Shown here: positions 1 through 9,812 of the stretch, one piece after another
Layout of the letters: each line of letters begins with the position of its first letter
Numbering within the stretch: position 1 is the first letter of the stretch
Assembly (NCBI GenBank): GCA_963677925.2
Contig: CAXXYH010000003.1
Location: forward strand, 1,056,001-1,120,000
Length of the DNA: 64,000 bases
Source: Spirochaetia bacterium
GTDB lineage: Bacteria > Spirochaetota > Spirochaetia > UBA9216
Reading direction: 5' to 3'
Notes under the pieces: model-generated
Databases searched by the model: none
Told to the model about the DNA's origin: nothing
The model's input: only the letters and a program-made list of their open reading frames with translations
Made by a program: the position numbers and the translations under genes

Positions 1-915
1 TGAGTGCAGGTAAAAGATATCACCAGGATAGGCTTCACGCCCCGGTGAACGCCTCATTAGAAGCGAGAGCTCTCTGTAAGCCTGTGAATGCTTGGTTAGA
101 TCATCGAATACAACAAGGGCATGCATTCCGTTGTCGCGAAAGTATTCCGCCATTGCGGTTGCCGCATAGGGAGCAAGATACTGCAGCGATGCGGGATCGG
201 AGCTGGTTGCAGCTACAATAATGGTATTCTGCATAACATTATGCTTCTTGAAGGTTTCAGCAAGCTGAACAACCGATGAGCGCTTCTGACCGATTGCAAC
301 ATAGACACAGTAAACCCTGTCTGAGCCCTCGGTATTGGACTGGTTGATAATTGTATCAACTGCGATTGTTGTCTTTCCGGTTCTGCGGTCGCCGATTATC
401 AGTTCACGCTGACCACGGCCGATGGGAATCATAGCATCAATAGCCTTGATACCGGTCTGCAGAGGCTCTTCAACGTTACGCCTGGCAACAATTCCGGGGC
501 CTTTCACTTCTACCCTGTTCATAGTATCGGTTTTTATTGCCCCCAGGCCGTCGAGTGCATTGCCGAGGGGATCTACAACCCTGCCCAGCAGTTCCATTCC
601 TGCCGGAACTTCAGCTACCCTCTTTGTCCGGCGGACATTGCAGCCTTCAACAACTTTCTCATAATCGGAAAACAGGATTACTCCGACGGTTTCCTCTTCG
701 AGGTTCATAACCATGCCGTGAACGATGCTGCCGTCCTCTATATCAATTTCTACCAGCTCTCCCGAAAGGATGTTATCAAGTCCCCAGACCTGGGCAATAC
801 CGTCACCGGCCTGAATTACTCTTCCGATTTCAGTTTCACCTGTCGACGGGGAAAATCCGGATATCCTGCTTTTAAGGATCTCAAGAATTTCAGCCGGTTT
901 AATATCTTCTCTCAT
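1..915 (-). CDS. atpA: F1 ATP synthase subunit alpha (partial; runs off the left edge)
   Basis: Not in the ORF track. Manual translation from ATG at 915 ([11 protein letters not shown]...) gives [25 protein letters not shown] and [18 protein letters not shown]. Confidence 0.97.
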   Translation of the reverse strand, partial: MREDIKPAEILEILKSRISGFSPSTGETEIGRVIQAGDGIAQVWGLDNILSGELVEIDIEDGSIVHGMVMNLEEETVGVILFSDYEKVVEGCNVRRTKRVAEVPAGMELLGRVVDPLGNALDGLGAIKTDTMNRVEVKGPGIVARRNVEEPLQTGIKAIDAMIPIGRGQRELIIGDRRTGKTTIAVDTIINQSNTEGSDRVYCVYVAIGQKRSSVVQLAETFKKHNVMQNTIIVAATSSDPASLQYLAPYAATAMAEYFRDNGMHALVVFDDLTKHSQAYRELSLLMRRSPGREAYPGDIFYLHS

Positions 916-926
916 ATCTTTTCCTG

Positions 927-1457
927 CTATTTCAGTAATGTTTTCAAGGTTTTCAGACGCCCTTTCAGCGATATATCTATCCGCCTGTTCTGCCAGGTAA
1001 GCCTGAAGCCGCCGATGAGGCCCTTATTAATCCGGATTTCAGATCTGATTTTCTTTCCCGTTCTGGCACTCATCTTTTTCTCTATCTCTGATACAGTCTC
1101 TTCAGAGAGCTGATTCACGGTCTCAATTATCAGCGGGGTAAGGCCGTTCTCTATGTCTTCCTGAGACCTGAAAGCTTCAGGAAGAAAGGGAATTGCTGAC
1201 AGCCTTCCGTTTTCACAGATAGCATCCATCAGTCTTGATGTTGCTTCACTGACATACGGATTTATTGCCGTATTGATAAATTCCCTTTCGCTGTTTATGC
1301 TGTGACGATTCATACAGAACGATCTTATCTCCGGGACTTCCGAAACAAGTTTCGCGATAAACTCCATATCGGATTTTGCTACATCCAGTATCCCTTCTTC
1401 CGCGGATGACTCATACAGAGCACGGGCATAGCGCCTTACGACTTTAACTCCGCTCAT
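927..1457 (-). CDS. atpH: F1 ATP synthase subunit delta
   Basis: N-terminal VVRRYARAL and C-terminal LIGGF...IDISLKGRL; lies between atpF and atpA. Confidence 0.93.
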   Translation of the reverse strand: MSGVKVVRRYARALYESSAEEGILDVAKSDMEFIAKLVSEVPEIRSFCMNRHSINSEREFINTAINPYVSEATSRLMDAICENGRLSAIPFLPEAFRSQEDIENGLTPLIIETVNQLSEETVSEIEKKMSARTGKKIRSEIRINKGLIGGFRLTWQNRRIDISLKGRLKTLKTLLK

Positions 1458-1936
1458 AAGGCCTTAACAGTCTCCCTTGCCCAGGATTTTTCCTTCTCAC
1501 CTGTAACAGCCATTCCGACCACAGTATCGGAGGCTTCGCAGATCAGATCTGCAATTTCCTCCTGCAGAGACTGGAGGGCTGCAGCTCTTTCCTCTACAGC
1601 CGACTGTTTTGCCTGCTCTATTATGGAAGCAGCTTCATCCTCCGCTTTTTTTACAAGGTTTTTACGGAGAGCCTCGGCATCATCCCTTGTTCGGTGGAGT
1701 ATTTCATCGGCTTCCTTATTCGCCGCGTTAATTATAGCCTCACGTTCATCCTGGACTTCTTTCAGACGGTTCTCAATCTTTGAAGCATTATCCACAGCTG
1801 ATGAAATATATTCTTCGCGTTTGGATATATTACCGAGTATAATCGGCAGGACAAATTTCCAGAGAATGAAAAAAAGGATTCCGAATGTTATCCAGGTCCA
1901 TATCGCAAGACCGGGTTCCAGTTTAAATAAATCCAT
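1454..1936 (-). CDS. atpF: Fo ATP synthase subunit b
   Basis: One N-terminal TM helix (PGLAIWTWITFGILFFILWKF) followed by a long charged coiled coil; operon position. Confidence 0.95.
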   Translation of the reverse strand: MDLFKLEPGLAIWTWITFGILFFILWKFVLPIILGNISKREEYISSAVDNASKIENRLKEVQDEREAIINAANKEADEILHRTRDDAEALRKNLVKKAEDEAASIIEQAKQSAVEERAAALQSLQEEIADLICEASDTVVGMAVTGEKEKSWARETVKAL

Positions 1937-1942
1937 CGTTTA

Positions 1943-2173
1943 CTAGTTCATGAAGACAACAAGAAGCGCGATAATTGCACCGAAAAACGCAAGACCTTCG
2001 ATAAGCGCTGCAGCCAGAATCATATTTGATCTGAGATCCTTCTTCTCCTGCGGCTGCCTGGCGATAGCATCAAGTGCTTTTGATCCTACCAGACCAATTC
2101 CAATACTGCCTCCGGCTATACCAATACCGGCACCGAGAATAGCAATTGCGCGTGCTAACATTGTAAGATCCAT
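1943..2173 (-). CDS. atpE: Fo ATP synthase subunit c (H+-type)
   Basis: Two-TM hairpin, GxGxG repeats, ARQP loop, conserved Glu in ALIEGL. Confidence 0.97.
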   Translation of the reverse strand: MDLTMLARAIAILGAGIGIAGGSIGIGLVGSKALDAIARQPQEKKDLRSNMILAAALIEGLAFFGAIIALLVVFMN

Positions 2174-2259
2174 ATTTACTCCTTAGATTTTACTATCAAA
2201 TTATTCAAAACCGCTGAAAATAAAATAACAGCAGTTATTTTCAAAAGAATTACCCCGGC

Positions 2260-3111
2260 TTAATGCGAGCCGGCCATACCGATAAAGATACAGCTCAGCA
2301 GGGTAAAAACATAGGCCTGAAGAAAGGCCACCAGAACCTCAAGCACATATGTAAATACTGCAAAGGGAACCGATACCATACTGAAAAAAGGGCTGATTAC
2401 AAAAATAAGAACAAGAAAAGAAAGAATGGCCAGATGACCGGCAAACATGTTTGCAAAAAGCCTCAGCGCCAGAACAATAGCCTTTGTAAAAAGACTTATA
2501 AACTCAAGAAGCGCAACAAAGATCCCAATCGGAAGAGGAGCTCCCTCGGGAAGCAGATTTTTAAAGAAATGGAAAAAACCAACTTCTTTGAATCCGACTG
2601 CGAAGGTAAGTATAAAAATTATTACAGCTAAAGCTCCGGTCACATTGATATTGCCTGTAGCGCTTTTGAAGGCCGGGATAAGTCCCAGAAAATTAATAAA
2701 AAGAAGGTAAAAAAAGATACTGGTAAAAAAGGGCATCCATTTTTTACCCTTTTCCTCACCCATAACCGGATACACTACATCATCACGGACAAAAAGCACT
2801 ATGCTTTCCACTCCGATAAGCAGTTTCCCGGGCTTTATAATTCCCTTTCTGGTGACGACAGCAAACACAGCAAGAATTAACACGGTGGCAAACACAAGCA
2901 TAAACTGGTGAACACTCATCCATTCAGGAAGCTCTATTGCAGGTAAAAAAGGAAATAGGTCAAGTTCCTGCCCGTCAAGGACATGGTTGAAAAGTGTTCC
3001 TGAAACATCCTCTCCTTCTGCAAACAGGGAGGCATTGGGAAGCAGAAACATTAAAAAGAATATAACTATGCCTGATAACCGGGTTTTAAGATGTTTATGC
3101 ACATTTGTCAT
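2260..3111 (-). CDS. atpB: Fo ATP synthase subunit a
   Basis: LALRLFANMFAGH and EVLVAFLQAYVF motifs; N-terminal extension. Confidence 0.97.
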   Translation of the reverse strand: MTNVHKHLKTRLSGIVIFFLMFLLPNASLFAEGEDVSGTLFNHVLDGQELDLFPFLPAIELPEWMSVHQFMLVFATVLILAVFAVVTRKGIIKPGKLLIGVESIVLFVRDDVVYPVMGEEKGKKWMPFFTSIFFYLLFINFLGLIPAFKSATGNINVTGALAVIIFILTFAVGFKEVGFFHFFKNLLPEGAPLPIGIFVALLEFISLFTKAIVLALRLFANMFAGHLAILSFLVLIFVISPFFSMVSVPFAVFTYVLEVLVAFLQAYVFTLLSCIFIGMAGSH

Positions 3112-3268
3112 GAATTTAAACTCCGAACAATGGAAAGCAACAAATATCCGCTGTCTTATAACATCATAGTAATTTTTGAATTAAGGATCCATAAGTCCCG
3201 GGAAGATTTTTTCATTTTAAATGATCATTTAGTTAATGATTCGTTATAAGATTTAAAAATTCACTGTA

Positions 3269-4066
3269 TCAGCGCCATAGAAAGGCAACTGATCGCTTCC
3301 CGGCTATGTAGTCATGGAATACAAGCTCAGCCTTTGTACCGGCCATAGCCTGGCAGACGTGGAGCGGCAGCAGATGCTCTTCCCTTGGATGACAGTACCG
3401 CGCGCCGGGTGCATTCTGCCACTGACTCAGCATTGATTCACGTTCATCAGCCGGGTGCTCACCTGTGCATACATTTATTAACCAATTCTGAAACGAGTCA
3501 TTCCGCTCATCAATCTCACCGTCGATTGAAAAAGTAAATGCACCCATGTTATGAAAGGAGAATCCGGAGCCTATGATTAAAATATCTTCATCGAGCAGGG
3601 GTTTAAGAGCCTTACCCAATGCAAGATGCTTTTCTGCATCAAGCCCCTTAATCAGCGAGAGCTGAATTGACGGGATATCCGCATCGGGATACATCATCAA
3701 TAATGGAATAAACAGGCCGTGATCGAAACCCCGCTCAGTGTTGATATCAGCGCCAAGGCCTGCACTCTGCAGCAGAGCTGAGGTTCTTTCTGCAAGCTCA
3801 GGATTGCCAGGAGCCGGATACTGGACGGAGTAGGTTTCTGCCGGAAAGCCGTAGTAATCGTAGAACATGGAGGGGGCTTCACCGCCGAGAAGGGTTGGAA
3901 CACGTTCCTCCCAGTGAGCACTGATTACAATAATGGCTTTTGGCTTTCGGATAATTTCGGGAAGCTTCTGCATAAAATCAACCATATTCTGATGAGACGG
4001 CTCACCGATAATAGGCATTGGACCGCCGCCGTGCGAAAAATATATAATCTGTGCTTTATTTTCCAT
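3269..4066 (-). CDS. Class III extradiol ring-cleavage dioxygenase (LigB/DODA/YgiD-like)
   Basis: SHGGGP, ISAHWE, YDYYGFP, RGFDHG, GSGFSFHN and HPREEHLLPL motifs. Confidence 0.9.
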   Translation of the reverse strand: MENKAQIIYFSHGGGPMPIIGEPSHQNMVDFMQKLPEIIRKPKAIIVISAHWEERVPTLLGGEAPSMFYDYYGFPAETYSVQYPAPGNPELAERTSALLQSAGLGADINTERGFDHGLFIPLLMMYPDADIPSIQLSLIKGLDAEKHLALGKALKPLLDEDILIIGSGFSFHNMGAFTFSIDGEIDERNDSFQNWLINVCTGEHPADERESMLSQWQNAPGARYCHPREEHLLPLHVCQAMAGTKAELVFHDYIAGKRSVAFLWR

Positions 4067-4128
4067 AATTAAACTGCTCCTGATTTGAAGTATGCAGTAT
4101 AGAATTAGTTAAGTCAAACTGTCTGTGA

Positions 4129-4347
4129 TTAAAGCTTCTCATGTCCGAAAACATCGGTTACAGGTACATTAAAAACATCAGATATCCTGAATGCCAGCTC
4201 GAGGGAGGGAGAATACTTCCCTGCCTCTAAAGCCACTATTGTCTGCCTTGAAACCCCTGCAGCCTCTGCAAGAGAGGCCTGGGTCATTTCACCGTTGAAA
4301 AATCGAAGCTGCCTAATATTATTTGAGAGGATGATTTTTTCAGGCAT
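4129..4347 (-). CDS. XRE-family HTH transcriptional regulator
   Basis: MTQASLAEAAGVSRQTIVALEAGKYSPSLELAFRI. Start moved to ATG 4347, which overlaps the upstream stop (translational coupling). Confidence 0.9.
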   Translation of the reverse strand: MPEKIILSNNIRQLRFFNGEMTQASLAEAAGVSRQTIVALEAGKYSPSLELAFRISDVFNVPVTDVFGHEKL

Positions 4348-4846
4348 GGACATTACCCTTCCTGTAATAAACAAGTTTTGCAATTCCTTCAACAATGCTT
4401 CCGGTAAAAAAAGCAAGGAACATGATATTCATCATCACAGCAGGCGAATAGTTAAGGACAATCGAAAAGAGTGCCGCAATAAAGCCGACTCCGGATATCA
4501 CAAAACTGATTCTAACTGATTTAAGATCAATCAGTTTGTCACGTTCATCTTCAGTCATTTCAATCTTGATGTTTCTCTCAATTTCTTTTTCATCACATAC
4601 ATTGTCCCTGACCGCACTTACTGCAGCCATCCCTATGGACATGAATATATGAAACAGAATCTGACTGATAATTATTAGCACAACACTTATCCCGGTGAAT
4701 TTCAGCATTGAAATTGCCAGGCCCCTGTAATCATCAGGAGCCAGCATTCCGCTGCTGTACTTACCGGTGATATAGAATAGATAGATAATTATAAAAGCAA
4801 TTCCGGTAATAAGACCCATGACTGTTCTTTTTTCCTGATATGACAT
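4340..4846 (-). CDS. Membrane protein (about 4 TM) paired with the XRE regulator
   Basis: Hydrophobic helices plus an EDERDKLI motif, typical of membrane partners of small XRE regulators. Confidence 0.75.
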   Translation of the reverse strand: MSYQEKRTVMGLITGIAFIIIYLFYITGKYSSGMLAPDDYRGLAISMLKFTGISVVLIIISQILFHIFMSIGMAAVSAVRDNVCDEKEIERNIKIEMTEDERDKLIDLKSVRISFVISGVGFIAALFSIVLNYSPAVMMNIMFLAFFTGSIVEGIAKLVYYRKGNVHA

Positions 4847-4868
4847 AAATTGTACCCCCTGTACGTTA

Positions 4869-4926
4869 GTAACTTATTTCTTACTAAATGTAATATATTT
4901 CTTACATTTTGTCAAATTTATATTAC
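4869..4926. promoter_or_regulatory. Three tandem GTAA-N8-TTAC boxes (21-bp period) over a minus-strand TTGACA; putative XRE operator array
   Basis: Boxes at 4869-4884, 4890-4905 and 4911-4926 (GTCA variant), upstream of the 4846 start. Confidence 0.65.
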
Positions 4927-4946
4927 GATAAATCATTCAAAAAGGC

Positions 4947-4975
4947 AAAAAAACAGCCCGCCCTAAGGCAGGCTG
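4947..4975 (-). terminator. Intrinsic terminator
   Basis: Minus strand CAGCCUGCC-UUAG-GGCGGGCUG followed by U7, downstream of the CDS ending at 4997. Confidence 0.8.
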
Positions 4976-4996
4976 ATAAAAGAATTCAGAAGATAT

Positions 4997-6670
4997 TTAA
5001 TAATTCAGGTATTCAGGCATCTTCCCCGGATATCTATCAACAAGTGATTGCCAGTCTGAAGGCAGAACAGCCTTCTTACAGCAGGGACCGCCGTGGTCGC
5101 CTCCGCCAAGGTATACAGTGCCCCAGTCCGCCCCGCCTACAATCACAAACATATGCTCGGTATTCCAGAACAGGCGGGCATGATGCTTGAGGCCGGGTGA
5201 AGGAAAAACAAGCCCCTTTCGGGGATGATTGTTTCCGATAGCAGCCCTGGGGATTTCGGTTGAGGGTCTATGGTTGTATTCAACAACGTACTCAAGGATG
5301 TCCTGTTTTGTGAAACCGGCGTCCTTAAACTGTTTCGCATTCTCAGGAGGCAGTATAAACAGCGCACCGACATCAAATCCGCCGTGCCAGAGAGTGCACA
5401 TTCGGTCCAGGGTTGCGTTTACATTTACTGTCGGCAGCTGGGTATGCTCACTCGGCCAGAACAGAGTTATTGTAGAATCTTCATCAGAATAACCATAATC
5501 GGTCTGAAGCGGTGTCCATGGTGAATCTTCCTCGTTCTCGGCTATACAGACACCGAAGCGCCCGTCACTTCCCGGACCGCTCATATCTTCTATTCCCGAA
5601 CGGCAGCCGCTTATATTCATAATCATATATGTCACTGCCCGTGAGATGCAGGCTGCAGGTCTTGTATAGGGTGAAAGGATATTCCGGCCTGTGTTGATGC
5701 CGAGAGCTTCTCTTATAGGACCGTTTATGACCATAACCGGATACCAGCTGGCATTGCTGCAGGTCCAGCCTTCAAGCTTGATGATATCATCACCCATAGC
5801 CTCAACAGCTGCAATCAGCAGGGGCATATGGGTAGGCAGGCATCCGGCCATTACACCGTTGATCGCTATCTTTTCAACCGTTGCTTTACCGAGCATCGGC
5901 GGCAGTTCTGCTACGACATGGGAAGCCGGAAGATCCGTACCATTAAGCATTTCATTTACAGCTTCCCGGGTTGGAGGAACGACCGGGGTGCCGTTAGTCC
6001 AACCGTGCTGATAGAAAATATCATTGATTTCCTGAAGTGAACCGGTAAATGTCAGTTCTGAAAAATCATCAACCTTTCCAGGATTTTTCTCTTTATCAGA
6101 GAGAGGCGAAGTCAGTCCATCGATAATTTTATCAAGCATCCCTGAAATAACATCATGGTAGGTTGTTAATGTCCATTCGTTACAGTCTACACCGTTCGGG
6201 ACAAATCCGGGGCCGTCATAGGTAACCATACGGAGCCCCGGATATGAGCGGGCAGTTGAACCGTTTCTTGCGGAAGGTTCATACTGCCATTTGGACAGCA
6301 GAAGGGCAGGTTTTCCAAGACTCTCTATATGAGCAAATATGTATCCCATAAAAAGTGCGCATGATCCCATGTCGGCACCGACTCCGACAACGGCATCAAC
6401 ACCGGAGAGCCAGTTCTGAAATTCCGGATAATGCTCAGGATCCTGATCTATTTCACAGGTATCGGTAATATATGTGTAATGTGAGAAATTCACTCCTGAT
6501 ACTTTTTCATTTAACTGCCTCTCTACTTCCTGCATGAAAAAGGGATGATATTCCTTGAAAGAGGCATAGAGGCCGATTGTTTTTCCTTCGAGTGTTTCAA
6601 GTCTGGGCTGAATTGGTTTTTTTGACAGATAATCACTGCCGGCCCAGGGGGATAGAACCGTGTATTCCAT
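4997..6670 (-). CDS. UGSC-family (seleno)protein-like domain fused to its usual partner domain; function unknown
   Basis: PRLETLEGKTIGL...GADMGSC in the N-terminal part; GWTNGTPVVPPT and ATVEKIAINGVMAGC in the C-terminal part. Start taken at ATG 6670. Confidence 0.7.
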   Translation of the reverse strand: MEYTVLSPWAGSDYLSKKPIQPRLETLEGKTIGLYASFKEYHPFFMQEVERQLNEKVSGVNFSHYTYITDTCEIDQDPEHYPEFQNWLSGVDAVVGVGADMGSCALFMGYIFAHIESLGKPALLLSKWQYEPSARNGSTARSYPGLRMVTYDGPGFVPNGVDCNEWTLTTYHDVISGMLDKIIDGLTSPLSDKEKNPGKVDDFSELTFTGSLQEINDIFYQHGWTNGTPVVPPTREAVNEMLNGTDLPASHVVAELPPMLGKATVEKIAINGVMAGCLPTHMPLLIAAVEAMGDDIIKLEGWTCSNASWYPVMVINGPIREALGINTGRNILSPYTRPAACISRAVTYMIMNISGCRSGIEDMSGPGSDGRFGVCIAENEEDSPWTPLQTDYGYSDEDSTITLFWPSEHTQLPTVNVNATLDRMCTLWHGGFDVGALFILPPENAKQFKDAGFTKQDILEYVVEYNHRPSTEIPRAAIGNNHPRKGLVFPSPGLKHHARLFWNTEHMFVIVGGADWGTVYLGGGDHGGPCCKKAVLPSDWQSLVDRYPGKMPEYLNY

Positions 6671-6796
6671 GTTAATACTCCAATGGTGCATTCAATATAA
6701 AACATAAGTTTCACGGTTATTATATTTTCGGGGAGGAGGGATCGTCCAATATTATATATTCATCAAAATAATAAGCGAAAGCTATAAGTCAGTGCA

Positions 6797-7219
6797 TTAT
6801 CTTCTTGTGAGTTTGATTACCCTGTAATCCTCTTTTTCAGATGAGTCATCTGCCATCCTGCTGATTTCAATACTTTTACTGTTCTTATTGATAATCTGCA
6901 TTTCAACCGTCCAGGGAACATCTGCTTCAGGACTCTGTCCGAGAATCCGGCTTGTTTCCTCGGTTATCGTAAAAGTAATTATATCATCTTCAATAAGGAA
7001 AGAACCCTTCATAAAGATATCGAGATCGTACTCTTCTTCGGTTTCGAGCCCGGGAACCTTCCAGTTAAAGGTAAAACTGCCGTCATCCATGAATATATAT
7101 TGATAGACACTGCCGGGTATTTCATTTTCAGTTGCAAGATCCGCATAAGTACCTTTGAGACTGCTGCTGCAGCTGCTGATTAGAATAACCAGGACTGTAA
7201 GTATTGCAAGTTTTTTCAT
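6797..7219 (-). CDS. Hypothetical lipoprotein
   Basis: MKK + hydrophobic stretch + ISSC lipobox-like signal; GGAG RBS upstream. Confidence 0.75.
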   Translation of the reverse strand: MKKLAILTVLVILISSCSSSLKGTYADLATENEIPGSVYQYIFMDDGSFTFNWKVPGLETEEEYDLDIFMKGSFLIEDDIITFTITEETSRILGQSPEADVPWTVEMQIINKNSKSIEISRMADDSSEKEDYRVIKLTRR

Positions 7220-7253
7220 AATTTCTCCTCTTGTAAGCCGGGGAATTATATCA

Positions 7254-8048
7254 TTAAGCCGGGAGAAAGGGAATGAGCGGATAATGTTCCAGAACTATCA
7301 GTAAACCAAGCAGGATTAATGTGAAAACAGGCAGCAGAATATCACGTCCATGAAAGAATACATCTTTGACATAGGTCCGTTCTGTATGATGGCCGAAGGC
7401 TCTGCAGTCAAGTGCGTCGGCCGTGATTTCCGCTTTCCTAAGACCGTTTACAAGAATGGTAAAGACATAGCGCTGCCATAGGGCAAAACGGTGACCGAGG
7501 CCCGAGCCTGATGCTTTTCCCCTGATGGCATGAGCCGATCGTACAGCATTAACCTCACGCTGTATAAGGGGCAGAAAGCGAAGTGCCAGAAAGATGGTAA
7601 ATGCATAGCGGTAGGGCATACGGGCCTTTACCAGTGAACGCATCAGATCCCTGGTATCTGTGGTCCAGATAAGAACAAAACTTGCAAGTACAATAACAGA
7701 GAGCCGGAAAAAGAATATAGGCCCCTGAAAGAGTCCGTTATCTGTAATGGTAATAAAACCGATTTTCATCAGGGGTTCACCCGGATCGGCAAACATATGG
7801 AAAATCATCAGAAGTATCCCCAAACCGAAGACTATCAGACCGCTGCGGAGAATCTCCAATATGGAAATTCTCCCTGCTGAAACAGCCAGTGCAACCATAA
7901 AAACAAACATCACAGCTCCACTGTAGGGTGTTTTAAAAATGAAGAGTCCGACTGCAACAAGAAAAACCCAGATAAGCTTAACCAGAGGATATGTACGGTT
8001 AAGTGCCGAGCCGCGCTCTTTAAACTGAAGAAAATTACTGTCAGCCAT
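7254..8048 (-). CDS. ECF transporter T component (EcfT/CbiQ family)
   Basis: LALRFLPLI, HAIRG and ALDCRAF coupling motifs. Confidence 0.92.
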   Translation of the reverse strand: MADSNFLQFKERGSALNRTYPLVKLIWVFLVAVGLFIFKTPYSGAVMFVFMVALAVSAGRISILEILRSGLIVFGLGILLMIFHMFADPGEPLMKIGFITITDNGLFQGPIFFFRLSVIVLASFVLIWTTDTRDLMRSLVKARMPYRYAFTIFLALRFLPLIQREVNAVRSAHAIRGKASGSGLGHRFALWQRYVFTILVNGLRKAEITADALDCRAFGHHTERTYVKDVFFHGRDILLPVFTLILLGLLIVLEHYPLIPFLPA

Positions 8049-9805
8049 TACATCTTTCCTCCTGCGCTCAGCAGTTCAAGAAACATCCCGCTGCCCGGAA
8101 TGCTTCCGTTAATCTCAAGTCCTTTCTGCTCGAGTTTTTTCAGAATTTCGCTCAGCAGGGTCGGCTGAAGATTCGACTGCTGCAGTATCTCAGGCTTCCT
8201 GAAGAGCTCTGAGGGTATTCCGTCATAATATTTTTTACCCTCACTAAGGACAATCACCCTGTCGGCATACTCCTCAACAAGCCTCATATCATGACTTATC
8301 ATAATCACGGCTACTCCGCGGCTCTGAATGTCTTTCATAAGCTTCATTAGATTGCGGGTCATCTCACGGTCCTGCCCGTATGTCGGTTCATCGACAATCA
8401 GGACTGAGGGATTACCTACAAGCATCGTAGCAACGCCCAGTCTGCGTTTTTTTCCGGCACTCAGTGCAAAGGGATGAGAATCCGCAGAATCTGTAAGCTC
8501 AAGCTCCTCGAGAAGCCGTTTCAGTTCAGCAGCCATCTCATCCTTGTTAAACACACCCTTGGACTTCAGACTGTACTCAATTTCCTCTGATACTGTATCT
8601 GTAAGAAACTGATGCTCCGGATTCTGAAAAACCAGAGCAATATGATTTGCAAGCTTCGGAATTTTCCATTTTACAGAGGGTTTGCCCATCAGCATCAGGC
8701 TGCCTTCTGTGCATTTGTTAAGACCAATCAGAAGTTTGGCAAGGGTGCTCTTCCCCGCTCCGTTTCTGCCGACAACTGCAAGCATCTCACCTGCCCTTAC
8801 ATCAAAAGAGACTCCTTTTAAAGCGTACAGCCCCGCGCCGTAGGAGTAGCGAAGATCTTCGGCCTTTATCAGGATATCTTCCGAAACAGAACCAGTATGC
8901 AACTGTGAAGATTCATCATTTTTAGATGGCCGTCCGGTCAGACTCTTTACTGATGCAGTCAGCCCGGAATCATCAAGCAGTTTAAGGGTTTCATCTATAC
9001 GTATGGGAATTATCGGAACTGAATACCCGAGCTTCTTAAGGCCCAGACCTATCTCAACTGTTTCGGGAAGCCAGATGCCAAGAGAATTGATATACTCGCC
9101 TTTTTCAGACAATAGACTGCAGGGCTCACCTGATGCAGCAAGTTGTCCGTCTTCGAGGACAAGAATCTGATCCGCTTCGGCCATAAAATCATCGAGCTCC
9201 CTTGTAACAAGAAGTACTGTGATACCCTCACTTCGAAGACTGAGTATCAGCTCATGCACCTGTCTTGAGGCTGCAGGATCAAGGTTTGCCGTAGGTTCAT
9301 CAAGGACGATGATTTTGGGTTTCATTGCAAGAACTGAAGCCAGGCCGAGCTTCTGAATCTGTCCGCCGGAAAGATTCCAGACAAGATTCTTTCTGTAAGG
9401 TGCAAGCTCGGTTAATTCAAGAAGTTCATCAACTGAGCTCTTGATCTGCTCCGCCGGATGAATCAGGTTCTCGGGACCGAAGGCTATCTCATCTTCAACC
9501 GACAAGGTAGCGAACATGTTCTCGGGATCCTGAAACACATATCCAACTGAGCATGAGAGCTCTTTCATTTCAGTATCCGCGCTGTTCATAGAGTCGATCA
9601 GCACGGATCCTTCAAGCCTGCCGGGAATAAGATGGGGAATTCGTCCGTTAAGAAGGTTACAGAGTGTAGATTTACCGCTTCCTCCAGGGCCGACAAGTAT
9701 TGAGAAACTTCCGGCCGGAAGTGAAAAACTAAGATCGCTTAATACAGGCTTTTCCTCCCCGTCAAAGGTGAAAGTTACATTATTAAGTTCTATTATACCC
9801 GGCAT
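8048..9805 (-). CDS. ECF transporter duplicated ATPase (YkoD-like)
   Basis: Two ABC cassettes: GPGGSGKS/LSGGQ/LDEPT and GRNGAGKS/LSAGK/VDEPT; FQDPE and FQNPE Q-loops. Confidence 0.93.
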   Translation of the reverse strand: MPGIIELNNVTFTFDGEEKPVLSDLSFSLPAGSFSILVGPGGSGKSTLCNLLNGRIPHLIPGRLEGSVLIDSMNSADTEMKELSCSVGYVFQDPENMFATLSVEDEIAFGPENLIHPAEQIKSSVDELLELTELAPYRKNLVWNLSGGQIQKLGLASVLAMKPKIIVLDEPTANLDPAASRQVHELILSLRSEGITVLLVTRELDDFMAEADQILVLEDGQLAASGEPCSLLSEKGEYINSLGIWLPETVEIGLGLKKLGYSVPIIPIRIDETLKLLDDSGLTASVKSLTGRPSKNDESSQLHTGSVSEDILIKAEDLRYSYGAGLYALKGVSFDVRAGEMLAVVGRNGAGKSTLAKLLIGLNKCTEGSLMLMGKPSVKWKIPKLANHIALVFQNPEHQFLTDTVSEEIEYSLKSKGVFNKDEMAAELKRLLEELELTDSADSHPFALSAGKKRRLGVATMLVGNPSVLIVDEPTYGQDREMTRNLMKLMKDIQSRGVAVIMISHDMRLVEEYADRVIVLSEGKKYYDGIPSELFRKPEILQQSNLQPTLLSEILKKLEQKGLEINGSIPGSGMFLELLSAGGKM

Positions 9806-9812
9806 ATTTCAA

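Noticed and set aside
1-3111. Na+-translocating N-ATPase
   Set aside because: A separate delta subunit is present, there is no atpQ/atpR or upstream atpD-C, and the c subunit lacks Na+ ligands.
4997-6670. Selenoprotein
   Set aside because: No in-frame TGA; the motif position is ATG.
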